Source of the DNA: a virus
Reading direction: 5' to 3' (one strand)
IMG/VR virus record: IMGVR_UViG_3300025892_000010
Length of the DNA: 64,000 nucleotides
Both the position numbers and the translations under genes were made by a program. Below, piece after piece: positions 17,932 through 28,316 of this stretch (positions are counted from its first letter, which is position 1; each line of letters opens with the position of its first letter). Below the pieces are notes generated by a model. It saw only the letters and a list, made by a program, of their open reading frames with translations. It was not told the origin of the DNA and did not search any database.

Positions 17932-20900
17932 TTATCCTAAAATTGGTACGTGAGCTGTGCAATAATATTGACCATCAGGATTACCTTGCATATAACTTCC
18001 GCCATATCCGTTTAGATAATATCTATTATCAAATGATTTATATTCCCAAAAAGCGTAAATCGTGTCAGAGTTATCGCCGTAACCACAACCTCTCATATCT
18101 TCAACATTACCTGTTAAAGAAGTAGGAAATCTTACTTGGTTAAAGTAGTAACCTTGGAAGTGTTCTTTGTTGTTCTCTGCATTTCTATCGTTTGTTGATG
18201 TAGTTGATGACCAACCATTTGAAGATTGACCATTTCTATTATCACCAGTATGGAAAACGTGTCCGTCCCAAGTTAAAATTTTTGTTGATAAGTCATTTCC
18301 GTGAGGGAAGAATGAAACCATTTTTATTCTGTGGAAATCTCTTGTTGTGTTTGAGCCAACGTAAACTTTAGGTGTGACAAAACTATTTTGTGTCGTAGCG
18401 TTACCATTTCCTAATGAACCGTGGTTATTATAACCAGCACATTGAATATTACCTAATGAGTCTTCTATCCACATTTGTGCGTGAGCACCATTACCACCCA
18501 TCCAGAAATTATTACAATCCGCATTTGAAGCATTACCACAACCATTTGAACAAATTGTCCAAGTGTTTAATGCTGTTGTGTTACCATTACCCATATGACC
18601 TTGGTTATTATAACCTGTTGTATAAATTGTTCCTCTTTCAGTCAAGATTGCAACCGTATTGTCATCTGAATGGTTTAGACCTTGGAATTTTTTAATTTCA
18701 CCAACGCCTGTACCATCAAAAGTTACCGTTGTAACCTCTTGAGGAGTATTTTGGTCTGAAGTATTACCGATACCTAATTGGCCATCTGCATTTCTTCCCC
18801 AAACATATAATTTTTTCTCTTTAGTATATGCATATGCTGAAACATAAGAGTCACCAATTGTCCAAAATGCCTCAATCTCACTATTGTTAAAGTAAGTTGA
18901 TTTTGAAATTAATTGTGGTGTGTTATAGTTAGATGTATTGTTTGTACCTAATTGACCATAACCGTTATAACCCCAAGACCATAATTGACCATCTTCGTCA
19001 ATTGCATAACAAGAGTGAGTATTAGTGTTGTAACCTTGCCAGTTTGAAATAAAAATTCTTTTAATTCTTGTATCTCTCCAAACGTGTGTTGATGTGTTTG
19101 TAGCTAGGAATACGTTTTGATTTGAACCACCAACTCTTACGGGGTGGTCTCTGTTTGAAGTTGAAGCGTCACCATTTTGTCCGTGACCACCATAACCCCA
19201 ATGATAAACTTCACCTGAATTCATCAAGCACATACCTGATTGGTAACCACCTTCAATTTGAATTATTTTAGGAACTTCTCCGTCTGGAGTTGTGTGAACA
19301 CCTGTGCCACCGTTATCTGTACTTCTCCACCAATCATAGTGGTTAAATGACATTTGAGTAGCAGTCATAAAATCGTGGTTAAATCCGTTTTGGCCATTTG
19401 AGTTTGAACCCCAAGTCCATATATTACCTGTACCACCGTGGAATACTGGCCAGTTTACACAATGTCTTGATGTTCTTTGACCTGATAGTCTGTAATATTT
19501 GTTATCATCACCTAATGGTCCGTTATTAATTAACGATACACAATCGTGAGGATTACCTGTATAAATGTTTGAAGCACCTCTAGTTTGTTTAATAGTTGTA
19601 GCAACTTGACAAGTTAAGTCTGCACCACCACCAAAAATATCTCCATCAAAAGTTAGTGTGTCGCCAACAACATTGTTTTCACCACCTGATAACATACCTG
19701 TATCATTAAACCATCTTTGATGTCTTTTAGAATCAAAAGTTTCAACTCTTTCAACTTCTATTGTAGCTGTACCTGCAACACCAGCGCCATTTACTTGCAT
19801 TGTAAAGTCAGCAGCACCACCGCCACCTAATGAACCATCTGCAATTGTAATTGTTTCGTCATCTACATAACCTGTAGCGCCTATTTTTTTATTTCTTACT
19901 GCAACTTGTTCAACGTTGGTTACAGCACCTGTGCTGTCTACCGTGATATTAAAACTTGCACCTGTTCCTACACCTGTTGTTGCTGATTGAGCAACACCTG
20001 TATATGAGCCTGCTGTTCTTGAAGCGTCAGCAGCTGAAAAATTATCTACTGCTAAAATATCTCCGTTACCTTGAACGGTAATTTTAAAAGCACCTGGATG
20101 TGCTACAGCTGATGAGTTTGATGTAGATTTAGGTGTCACACTTCTAAATACACCTCTTAATCTTGAAGCGTCAGCAGCTGAAATATTATTTACGGTTTGA
20201 ATTACACCATTGTCTTCATATCTTTCATCATCTGATTCATATTCTGCACCAGATTTAATCCAATACATATTTGCATTAGTGTCAATATTTCTGTTGTAAG
20301 GTAAAAATCTTTCTGTACCATCTGTTGTATGAGCTCTTAAACAAATATAAGCAGATAGTGTTTCTTTCTTTGATTGTGGTTCTTGGTCAGTACCCATATC
20401 ATTACTGATACCGTGTCTAACGTGAACAACATCATTTTCGTAATATTGTGTTCCGTTTGTATTTACGTGTAAACCTTTCCAACTAAATGAGTTTCTTAAA
20501 GGTCTCCAAGTGTCCCAATCTGCAACTACAATTTTACCACCATAGTTTGCGCCACCTGTACCTGCTGAAAAGTACCAAATTTCTGAAGGCGTATCTTTAT
20601 CAAATTCTACTACAACTTTTCTACTTGTTTTAGTATTAAATTTAGAAGTGGTTACGTAATCTACTTGCGTTACCGTTTCCTCGTTATGATAATAGGTTAC
20701 ACCTGTTGTTAAATAGTTTGAAGTTTGACTTGTAGCTGATGTAGCAAGAGCCAAAGGTTGGTCATCATTATTATTATTATTTTGGTGAAATATAATTTTA
20801 TCACCTCTTCTAACATACAAAGTTTGTGCCCATTCAATAGTTGAAGTCTCATCTGCGTCAATCTGGAATTTAGTAGTTGAGTCGCTTGGGTCAGTTGTTG

Positions 20901-21087
20901 TTTGTATGTTGTAATAATATTGTGTATTTTGTTCTGGTTGTTTACCACTAACACTAGACTCTCTAATATTTAAATAGTCAGTATTGTTCCAGATAACAAT
21001 ATCGTCTTTTTTATATGTAGCTGAACTATCGTATTCGCCACGATAATTAAACCATAAATTTCCAATTTTTGTTCTAGTGATTGCCAT
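17932..21087 (-). CDS. RCC1-repeat virion/fibre protein, paralog A
   Basis: N-terminus IGNLWFNYRGEY...YKKDDIV; RCC1 repeats DGQLWSWGYNGYGQLG and LYVWGRNADGQLGIG. Confidence 0.75.
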   Translation of the reverse strand: MAITRTKIGNLWFNYRGEYDSSATYKKDDIVIWNNTDYLNIRESSVSGKQPEQNTQYYYNIQTTTDPSDSTTKFQIDADETSTIEWAQTLYVRRGDKIIFHQNNNNNDDQPLALATSATSQTSNYLTTGVTYYHNEETVTQVDYVTTSKFNTKTSRKVVVEFDKDTPSEIWYFSAGTGGANYGGKIVVADWDTWRPLRNSFSWKGLHVNTNGTQYYENDVVHVRHGISNDMGTDQEPQSKKETLSAYICLRAHTTDGTERFLPYNRNIDTNANMYWIKSGAEYESDDERYEDNGVIQTVNNISAADASRLRGVFRSVTPKSTSNSSAVAHPGAFKITVQGNGDILAVDNFSAADASRTAGSYTGVAQSATTGVGTGASFNITVDSTGAVTNVEQVAVRNKKIGATGYVDDETITIADGSLGGGGAADFTMQVNGAGVAGTATIEVERVETFDSKRHQRWFNDTGMLSGGENNVVGDTLTFDGDIFGGGADLTCQVATTIKQTRGASNIYTGNPHDCVSLINNGPLGDDNKYYRLSGQRTSRHCVNWPVFHGGTGNIWTWGSNSNGQNGFNHDFMTATQMSFNHYDWWRSTDNGGTGVHTTPDGEVPKIIQIEGGYQSGMCLMNSGEVYHWGYGGHGQNGDASTSNRDHPVRVGGSNQNVFLATNTSTHVWRDTRIKRIFISNWQGYNTNTHSCYAIDEDGQLWSWGYNGYGQLGTNNTSNYNTPQLISKSTYFNNSEIEAFWTIGDSYVSAYAYTKEKKLYVWGRNADGQLGIGNTSDQNTPQEVTTVTFDGTGVGEIKKFQGLNHSDDNTVAILTERGTIYTTGYNNQGHMGNGNTTALNTWTICSNGCGNASNADCNNFWMGGNGAHAQMWIEDSLGNIQCAGYNNHGSLGNGNATTQNSFVTPKVYVGSNTTRDFHRIKMVSFFPHGNDLSTKILTWDGHVFHTGDNRNGQSSNGWSSTTSTNDRNAENNKEHFQGYYFNQVRFPTSLTGNVEDMRGCGYGDNSDTIYAFWEYKSFDNRYYLNGYGGSYMQGNPDGQYYCTAHVPILG

Positions 21088-21110
21088 TGTTTAATCCTAT
21101 TTATGCCTCA

Positions 21111-24100
21111 TTATTGGTTACTTGGAGTTTCAGAGGCATCCTCTGTATCTCCTGTTGTTCTATAAACTAAATTACCTGCTTTGTCAATTTCAATTCTCAT
21201 ACTACCATTTATAACTTCAAAACCAACGTTTTGTTCAGCGCCATTAAATAAAGTATCTTCGTATTGAGTTATTGTATTAAAGTTAGTAATTACTTTTCTG
21301 TTTAACTGACCTGTATCTCTATCAAAAGATAAAGTCTGTAAATTAGGTGTCACATTTTCATCAACATAACCTTTGTTAACAATATGTGTACTCGCTGTCG
21401 GCGATATACTAGTTGTTGGTATAGTTGTAAAGTTAACCGTGTTTCCAGTTGAAGCTGAAATGTTTGAACCTGCGATTGTTATTTCACCGATTACAGCAGA
21501 GTTAACCGTTAAGTTGTTATTACCACCACCTAATTGATTTTCTACAAATGTTCTAATTGCTTTCTCGGTAACGAGAGCATTATCAGAATTATCACCCATA
21601 GTACCGTCAGTTGAAAACTCATTAATTGTTGCACCAAAATTTCCTAATGCAACTGAACCTAGAGATAATTGTCTCAAACCAGAAAGGTCAAAGGCTTCTG
21701 CGTTCAAAGTTGCCTTACCTGTTGATTGTTCTACTCTAAACAATTCACCAACTCTAAAGTTACCATCTTGGTCGGTTGAAGTATAGAATACTCTACCTCT
21801 ATCTAAATCATCAACTTCATCACTTTGGTCCGGTTGTTGTGTATAACCATTTAAATCAGGATAGTTTGTTGTTGCAATACCACCTGTACCAATATCTAGG
21901 AAGTCGTGACCTGTTAATCTTATGTTAGAATATTTTTCTCTAACCGTAGCAGTTGTTCCGTGTGATGGAGCATTTGCTTTTGAAATATTTGGCGATACTT
22001 CTAAACTTGTTATACCACCGTTTGCGTGTGATAATATGGTTACAATAATATAACTTACACTTGAAGCATTTGAAAATACTATACTTGAACCTGCTTTTGG
22101 TTGACTTGATAAACCTGAAGTTTTTACCGTTGCACCAACTGGTAATATTTCAGCATAACCATCACCACTTACGGTTGCTGTTGTGTTTTCTTGTTTGTAA
22201 CCTGAACCGGCAGCTGCATAAGTCCATCTTGAAATTACGCCATCTCCAATTGTAGCAGTACCTGTTCCTAAAGTTGTTGCGTTAGGGTCAGTTACCGTAA
22301 TTGAAGGCGCTGATGAATAACCTGCACCACCATCAAGTATTAAGAATTTTTTAATAATTTGGTTTTCAATTATAACTCTTGCTAATGCGTTTCTTGTAGG
22401 AGAACCACCACCTGAAATGGAAACTCTTGGCTCAATTTCATAACTTGCTGTTGCGTTAGGAGCAACTGCAACACTTGTTGGACCAAATACGTCAAAACCT
22501 GGATTACCGTCTTCTTTAAACATTGTAGCAGTTTTAGTTGCTGCTGTGTATGTTCCAACGTAACCAGTTTGACCTGAACCTGTACCATCTGTAATTGTAA
22601 GTCTCATACCATTATAGAAGTTGTTTGCTTGAGTATCAGAGGCAGCTAATCTAATTGTTGTTGTTGTTCCGCCTTGAGCAACACCAACGGTAGTAAAGTG
22701 ACCTGCACCGTTAGTTGCTACATCAATATATTTTACTGCACCGTCAGCAAAGTCGGCAGTAAAGTTAGCATTTGCGCCTGAACCATTAATTGTTTCTGTA
22801 GCAGATGTATAAGTTTCACCTGCGTATTCTTGTTCTAATCTGTAAACACCAGCATTTGATACTAATGCTCTACCAATGATTGCTTCATTGTCTCTATTAG
22901 TTACCGTTGCTGTTAAAGGAGTTTCGTTTGCGTCAACACCTGAAGCAACTGAACCTTTTTCACCATACGAGTTGTTAGAGTTTAGTGAACGAATGACAGC
23001 ACCACTATCACATAGATAACCTACGTGGCAGTAATAAGTAAATACTGATACTAATTCTGATTTTGCACCACCTTTTGCCCAACAACCGATACCACCATCA
23101 AGAACTTGCGTAAAGTCATTTGCAAGAATTGATTTGAAACCTGCGTTGTGTAAAGTACCATCAATTTTAATACCTGTTGCTCTTGAACCTATTGATGAGC
23201 AGTTTTGTACGAAAGGTGACCTAGCAACAATGTGTACAGACGTATCTGTTGGACCTGTTCCTGGGTCTAAAGAAACAACTGAACCAGAAGCGTTAGAGCC
23301 TGTTCCCTCTGTTAATCTTGTTAGACCATCTGAACTAGCTGAACTTGCTAATTGACCTGTCATACCACTAAATGTCATACCTGATAAAGTACAAGAGTCA
23401 TTTAGATAAAACATTGATTGTCTATTATTAGGTGTAGAGTTATCACTTGAAATACCTGCACCAGCACCATTGTTTGTTGTAGTGTCTGGAGAAACGGTAA
23501 CACTTCGTAAGTTATCACCGATAAGAGCAGTTTTTCTCGGAACTTTAATAGGCAATTGCTCTGTATATGTTCCTGTTTCTATTTTAACCGTTTTAAAATT
23601 TGTTGTGTCTGAAGCTAATTGAGTACAAGCATATTTGATTGTTCTCCAAGGTAATTCTGGAGTAGTACCTCTGCCTGTGTCTGTATTATCTGTACCTAGT
23701 GTTGATACATAATAAACTTTGTTACCGACACTTGGATAAGACCAAGTTAAATCAGTACCATCTGATTTTAAGAAACTACCTGCTGAACCAATTGGCAATC
23801 TAACTCGTTGAGTTGCGTCTCTTGTAAGAATATCACCTCTTGTAGTTAGTGTTGCGTTTGAATCACCTTCAGCTAATAGGTTCCAATCTGTTTGACCTGA
23901 TACATCTGGTCTGTTTGACGCTGACGCTGTATGATTTGTAATTGCTCTATAAGAAGAAGAGCCGTGAGATACTGCGTCACCAATTTTGTATGCTGTGCCA
24001 CTTGTCCAATTGCTTCTCCAGAAAATACCTTCAACAACTAAATCCCAATATGAGTTAGTTGTACCTGATGGTTCATTTCCTGTTCCGTCAATCTTAGCCA

Positions 24101-24827
24101 CATAATAATGACCACCGTGGTTAACGGTATCACCAGTTTTGTATGCTGTAGAATTTGACCAAGTACCTGTGTTATTAAATCCTGTTGATAATAATTTCCA
24201 ATCTGAAGAGTTGTTATAAGGTAAAACGTTGTTGTTTGCTCTTTCAGCAACATATTGATAACCACCGTAGGTTACAATATCACCTAATTGATAAAGTGTT
24301 GAACTTGCCCAACTATCCTCAAATTCTAAACCTGATACGAATAAATTAAATTTAGTTTCGTCTAGTGTTGCACCTGAAGAAGTATGTTGTGTAGTACAAA
24401 CATATAAACTTGCACCGTATTTTACAACGTCATCATTTCTGTATGCTGTAGATGTTGTCCAAACACCTCTCCAACCGAAACCTCCGGCAAATACTTGCCA
24501 TTTTGAAGTATCGTCATATAAATCTGCTTGTGATGTATGTCCAGTAATACATCTGTATGTTGAACCACCAAAGGTTACAATGTCATCAACTTTGTAAAGT
24601 GTTGTAGCCGCCCAATTACCTTTGTAATCAAGACCTCCAACCATTTGTTCCCATTTGGCTGTTGCGTGGTTTAAATCTGTATAGAAATCTGTATCTGCTG
24701 TGTGGTTTACTAGACAAACGAATGAATTTCCTCCGTAAGTAATCACATCATCTTTGATGTAAGCTGTTGAAGTAGTCCAAGCACCTTTGAAGTGAAACTT
24801 TAATCTACCTAGTATAAAATCTGCCAT
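21111..24827 (-). CDS. Large tail-fibre-like protein with tandem CBM5/12-like repeats and a probable beta-helix
   Basis: About six tandem ~50-aa W..(S)T.Y...D.V.(Y/F/H)GG..Y.C...H units; VYYVS..G.D...G.....PWRTIKYA pectin-lyase-type entry; SPFVQNCS. Confidence 0.75.
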   Translation of the reverse strand: MADFILGRLKFHFKGAWTTSTAYIKDDVITYGGNSFVCLVNHTADTDFYTDLNHATAKWEQMVGGLDYKGNWAATTLYKVDDIVTFGGSTYRCITGHTSQADLYDDTSKWQVFAGGFGWRGVWTTSTAYRNDDVVKYGASLYVCTTQHTSSGATLDETKFNLFVSGLEFEDSWASSTLYQLGDIVTYGGYQYVAERANNNVLPYNNSSDWKLLSTGFNNTGTWSNSTAYKTGDTVNHGGHYYVAKIDGTGNEPSGTTNSYWDLVVEGIFWRSNWTSGTAYKIGDAVSHGSSSYRAITNHTASASNRPDVSGQTDWNLLAEGDSNATLTTRGDILTRDATQRVRLPIGSAGSFLKSDGTDLTWSYPSVGNKVYYVSTLGTDNTDTGRGTTPELPWRTIKYACTQLASDTTNFKTVKIETGTYTEQLPIKVPRKTALIGDNLRSVTVSPDTTTNNGAGAGISSDNSTPNNRQSMFYLNDSCTLSGMTFSGMTGQLASSASSDGLTRLTEGTGSNASGSVVSLDPGTGPTDTSVHIVARSPFVQNCSSIGSRATGIKIDGTLHNAGFKSILANDFTQVLDGGIGCWAKGGAKSELVSVFTYYCHVGYLCDSGAVIRSLNSNNSYGEKGSVASGVDANETPLTATVTNRDNEAIIGRALVSNAGVYRLEQEYAGETYTSATETINGSGANANFTADFADGAVKYIDVATNGAGHFTTVGVAQGGTTTTIRLAASDTQANNFYNGMRLTITDGTGSGQTGYVGTYTAATKTATMFKEDGNPGFDVFGPTSVAVAPNATASYEIEPRVSISGGGSPTRNALARVIIENQIIKKFLILDGGAGYSSAPSITVTDPNATTLGTGTATIGDGVISRWTYAAAGSGYKQENTTATVSGDGYAEILPVGATVKTSGLSSQPKAGSSIVFSNASSVSYIIVTILSHANGGITSLEVSPNISKANAPSHGTTATVREKYSNIRLTGHDFLDIGTGGIATTNYPDLNGYTQQPDQSDEVDDLDRGRVFYTSTDQDGNFRVGELFRVEQSTGKATLNAEAFDLSGLRQLSLGSVALGNFGATINEFSTDGTMGDNSDNALVTEKAIRTFVENQLGGGNNNLTVNSAVIGEITIAGSNISASTGNTVNFTTIPTTSISPTASTHIVNKGYVDENVTPNLQTLSFDRDTGQLNRKVITNFNTITQYEDTLFNGAEQNVGFEVINGSMRIEIDKAGNLVYRTTGDTEDASETPSNQ

Positions 24828-24845
24828 TTTACTTCCCTATATTTT

Positions 24846-25292
24846 TTACTGCCAGTTTCTTGTTTCGCCATCTTGCGAAGCACCATACTGGTACGAGTCA
24901 TTAATTCTTAACACAATGTTCCCATTTGCGTCCATAAAGTATGTAGCATTATTTTCATCAAAAACGTGCTGTTCATACTTTCTAAATTTCGTGTTTGGTT
25001 CTCTCGGGTCAGTAGAAGAACTATATGCTTTAGGTATCTCATTAATATTTGTACCTACTGCATAACTACCACTCGCTTTTTTCAATTCATTTACTTGAAA
25101 GTCTGCAACTGAACTATATGCTAAACCCTCTCCATTATCCATTTGAATAGTATTACTTTCAAACCAATTCACTTTAGAGTACGTTAGAAGTCCTGTCTCG
25201 TCTCTGTTTAGAGCGTGAAAACTATAATCAGCCGTAATAGTTTTGCCGTTTGCGTCTTTGGCAACATATTGTTTATTTACGACTAAAGACAT
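24846..25292 (-). CDS. Hypothetical virion protein
   Basis: 148-aa ORF with AGGAG RBS and late promoter; resembles the C-terminus of the 1238-aa fibre. Confidence 0.7.
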   Translation of the reverse strand: MSLVVNKQYVAKDANGKTITADYSFHALNRDETGLLTYSKVNWFESNTIQMDNGEGLAYSSVADFQVNELKKASGSYAVGTNINEIPKAYSSSTDPREPNTKFRKYEQHVFDENNATYFMDANGNIVLRINDSYQYGASQDGETRNWQ

Positions 25293-25323
25293 TCTAATGT
25301 TCTCCTAACTTAAATCCTATGTA

Positions 25324-25331
25324 TATTTATA
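25324..25331 (-). promoter_or_regulatory. T4-type late promoter TATAAATA
   Basis: Exact intergenic motif. Confidence 0.75.
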
Positions 25332-25339
25332 AAAGTTTA

Positions 25340-25669
25340 TTATGTTAATTCTAAAATTGACAAAAAACATTCCAAAGTATTGTTTGAGCCATATATTCTA
25401 ATTTTGTCACCAGGTTCAAGGTTTATTGGCTTGTCAATTTGAAGCGAATCAGCAGGCGGAACTTCGCCATTTGTGATTACACTTCTAAAAGTTGTACCAC
25501 CGTCAATTGTTACCTTTATGGTTACTTTTTCAGCAGACGTAGCCGCTGTATTTGATACCATAATTGCGTGAAGAACGGCTCTAGTAGAAGCTGGAGCTGT
25601 GTATATATCAGCAGTTGCGTCATCTACTAATACACATTGAGCACCTGCGTTTTTAAATACTGAAGCCAT
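25340..25669 (-). CDS. Small beta-rich virion structural protein
   Basis: MAS.FKNA...IYTAP.....V....VSN...KPINLE.GD.I pattern; GGAGG RBS. Confidence 0.7.
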   Translation of the reverse strand: MASVFKNAGAQCVLVDDATADIYTAPASTRAVLHAIMVSNTAATSAEKVTIKVTIDGGTTFRSVITNGEVPPADSLQIDKPINLEPGDKIRIYGSNNTLECFLSILELT

Positions 25670-25670
25670 A

Positions 25671-26102
25671 TTATCCTCCTAAAGCAATTGCAAAAGCAAT
25701 AGCGTCACCCTCACCTGTCAATGGGTCACCTGTTGTAGTACCGTCTTTTGTCAAGTTTCCGGTAGTAATAACATCACCATTTACGTTAGGTAATCTAATA
25801 ACTCTATCACCAGTTGGTTCAACAACTTTTAAAGTTGTTTCAAAAGCGTTTTCTAAAAGTCCTTCAAATATTAGATTTGAACCGTTAAGAATAATATCAT
25901 TTGTAGAAATATTACCGTTAGTGGTAACGTCTTGTAAAATTACTGAACCTGCACCACCTAATTCTTTAACCGTACCGTTTTGTAATTTAGTATAAAACTT
26001 ACCGTCAGAGGCGTTCATAGCCAATTCGCCGACTTCCATTACAGCGGAAGCTGGTATGGCTAATGGGGTAAATGAACGTTTTGGTTTAATTACGGTTGAC
26101 AT
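25671..26102 (-). CDS. Short fibre/adaptor protein
   Basis: IKPKRS.....P......GELAMN..DGK.Y fibre N-terminal motif; C-terminal AIAFAIALGG. Confidence 0.7.
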   Translation of the reverse strand: MSTVIKPKRSFTPLAIPASAVMEVGELAMNASDGKFYTKLQNGTVKELGGAGSVILQDVTTNGNISTNDIILNGSNLIFEGLLENAFETTLKVVEPTGDRVIRLPNVNGDVITTGNLTKDGTTTGDPLTGEGDAIAFAIALGG

Positions 26103-26320
26103 TATCTTTTATTCTTTACTTTAAATTTAATTTTGTTAATTAGTTTTTGTTTTGTAAGTCTTCTATCTAATTCTATACCGATTTTTCTACCGATATTTTC
26201 TAATTCTTTTTTAGTTTTATATTGTAAATCACCTATTCTTATTACTGCACTTTTCTTCTTTGGTTTAGAGTCATAAGATTTTACAACACCATCAAACCAT
26301 TTTTTAATAATTGAAAACAC
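26102..26320 (-). CDS. Small basic hypothetical protein
   Basis: 72 aa; TKKELENIGRKIGIELDRRLTKQKLI resembles a helix-extension-helix (SAP/Rho-N-like) module. Confidence 0.55.
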   Translation of the reverse strand: MFSIIKKWFDGVVKSYDSKPKKKSAVIRIGDLQYKTKKELENIGRKIGIELDRRLTKQKLINKIKFKVKNKR

Positions 26321-28038
26321 TAGAAAGACCCTCCGTCAATAGTGCTAATTTCAACATCACCTGAAGTCACGTCAAAATTATTTACGTTAAATTTTGCAAC
26401 ACCGATATTTGAATTACTTGCTAATTCACCAGCGATTGTTAATGTGCCACCTGAAGCAATTGTGTTTATTCCTTCACCAGCTAAAAACTCTAAAGTACCT
26501 TCTAATGCTACTTGACCTTGCGTTGAAGATTCGTCTGTAAAGAATACCGTAGGATTATTTAATTTACTTGTTGAGATACTACCTGCTAACATAGCGTCTG
26601 TAATACCTAAAGCTTTAACTCTTAATTGGTCAACATTAACCTCTATTGAAGAGTCATCTACTTCTACATCAAGTCTATTACCTGTTTTACTTAAAGCTGC
26701 ACCGGCGTCAATTTGACCTGCGCCAGAAAATTGTGCTACATCTAAACTTGTTGTACCAAAAGTTGGAGCACCTGTGTGTGTAAATACATAACCGTTATCT
26801 GCGTTAGCAGTACCTTCTTCTACGAATACGAAAGCACCACCTGATAATTCACTAGGTTGGTCTTCAGGAGTTGCTCTTGTTAATACAAAAGCAGTTGAAC
26901 CATCACCTTGCGTTGTTACCGAGTAAATACCATTTTCAGAAGCAGTTGATTGATTTTTAACTAATATTCTATCACCAACAACTGGAGAAACACCATCAAG
27001 TGTTATTGCACCGTTAGAGCCTGCTGTTAATGTTGCACCTACACCTGAACTTCCGTTATTGTAAGTTGCTGATAAGTCAGCAGTTGTAGCTGCTCTACAA
27101 GATGGTTTAGTATCTAAACCTTGAGCAACTTGGTCAACGTATGCTTTGTTTGCTAATGATTGACTATCAAAACCACTTCTATCTTCGTAACCACTAGGAA
27201 CTTTTACCGTACCTGTACCGTGTGGATTGATATTAATATCTTTGTTTGCTGTACCTGTTGATAATGTTTGACCGTTAATTGTAATATCATCTACAACTAA
27301 TGAAGTTAAACCACCAATGTCAGTTGTTGTTGAACCTAATGTTAATGTAGAATTACCTAAAATAGTTTCACCATTTGTAGATAATTTAGCATTGGTAACT
27401 GCGTCATCAGCTATTTGAATTGTGTCAACACCAGAATTTGATATATTAAAAGTAACCTGATTGTTTGTAATTGCTGAATCAATACCAGTACCACCTGTAA
27501 ATGTCAAAGTCTCATTTGTATTGTATATGTCTGTACCTGTATCACCAGCTAAATCTATGTTTGAAAAGATTGTTTCAAATGCTAGGTTACCAGCACCATC
27601 AGTTTTCATAAACTGACCTGCTGTACCGTCTCCGTTAGGTAATGTAAATGTTGTTGAAGCTGTTGTACTATTCGGTGCTTTCAAGGCAACAAAGTTTGTA
27701 CCGTTATTAGTACCCTCTGCTAATTTAATTTGACCACCAATAGTTGCTGAATTACCTACAATCAATTCGTCTATTGCTTTGTTTGCGTCAACAATGATTG
27801 TTGAGTTGGCAGTTAATGTGCCGTGAGCGTGGTCATTTAAATCTGAAAAATATTTACCACCGATAACGTCAATACTTGTTGCGTTACCATTTGAATCTAC
27901 TGAACCTGTTCCTATGAAAAGTCTATCACCTAAATTTGCTTGAGTACCTGCACCATATGTGAGACCCATTTCACCTTGTTTAAGTGTTGATGGTGATGAA
28001 GAACCTGAACTACGTTTTATCTGAATTATAGTTGCCAT
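26320..28038 (-). CDS. Tail/head fibre protein
   Basis: IQIKRS...P..L..GE N-terminus; ANKAYVD.VAQGLD.K, GDRILVKNQ....ENGIY, F.FVEEGT.N. Confidence 0.8.
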   Translation of the reverse strand: MATIIQIKRSSGSSSPSTLKQGEMGLTYGAGTQANLGDRLFIGTGSVDSNGNATSIDVIGGKYFSDLNDHAHGTLTANSTIIVDANKAIDELIVGNSATIGGQIKLAEGTNNGTNFVALKAPNSTTASTTFTLPNGDGTAGQFMKTDGAGNLAFETIFSNIDLAGDTGTDIYNTNETLTFTGGTGIDSAITNNQVTFNISNSGVDTIQIADDAVTNAKLSTNGETILGNSTLTLGSTTTDIGGLTSLVVDDITINGQTLSTGTANKDININPHGTGTVKVPSGYEDRSGFDSQSLANKAYVDQVAQGLDTKPSCRAATTADLSATYNNGSSGVGATLTAGSNGAITLDGVSPVVGDRILVKNQSTASENGIYSVTTQGDGSTAFVLTRATPEDQPSELSGGAFVFVEEGTANADNGYVFTHTGAPTFGTTSLDVAQFSGAGQIDAGAALSKTGNRLDVEVDDSSIEVNVDQLRVKALGITDAMLAGSISTSKLNNPTVFFTDESSTQGQVALEGTLEFLAGEGINTIASGGTLTIAGELASNSNIGVAKFNVNNFDVTSGDVEISTIDGGSF

Positions 28039-28047
28039 ATTTTATCC

Positions 28048-28296
28048 CTAAAAGTTACCACAATTGAATAAGAGCGTTCCGGTTGTGGTTACTATCTCCG
28101 TTCTGGTTACAAATTTACCATCTGAAGCTCTGTATTGTAATAATGCGCCATCATCTAATTCAGTTGTATCAACGTCACCTAATAATTTTAATTGTAAAGT
28201 GCTGTTCCCGGCTGCCTGAGCTGAGGGTAAGGTTACTGCTACTTTTTGTGGACCGGCACTTGTATTTACATTAATTTTAGCTGTTATATCAGGCAT
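28048..28296 (-). CDS. Small fibre-associated protein
   Basis: L..L.DVD.....DGALLQY....KF motif; ends in ...GNF like the neighbouring fibre's DGGSF. Confidence 0.65.
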   Translation of the reverse strand: MPDITAKINVNTSAGPQKVAVTLPSAQAAGNSTLQLKLLGDVDTTELDDGALLQYRASDGKFVTRTEIVTTTGTLLFNCGNF

Positions 28297-28316
28297 TAAT
28301 CTCCCTCTCTTTACTA

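Noticed and set aside
11557-21087. Diversity-generating retroelement acting on the fibre C-termini
   Set aside because: No reverse transcriptase in the window and no template/variable repeat pair differing only at adenines was seen; one elsewhere in the genome cannot be excluded.
23870-24827. Regular ~150-nt periodicity suggesting a CRISPR array or DNA tandem repeat
   Set aside because: The repeats are protein-level, in frame and diverged at the DNA level; there are no identical repeats with unique spacers.
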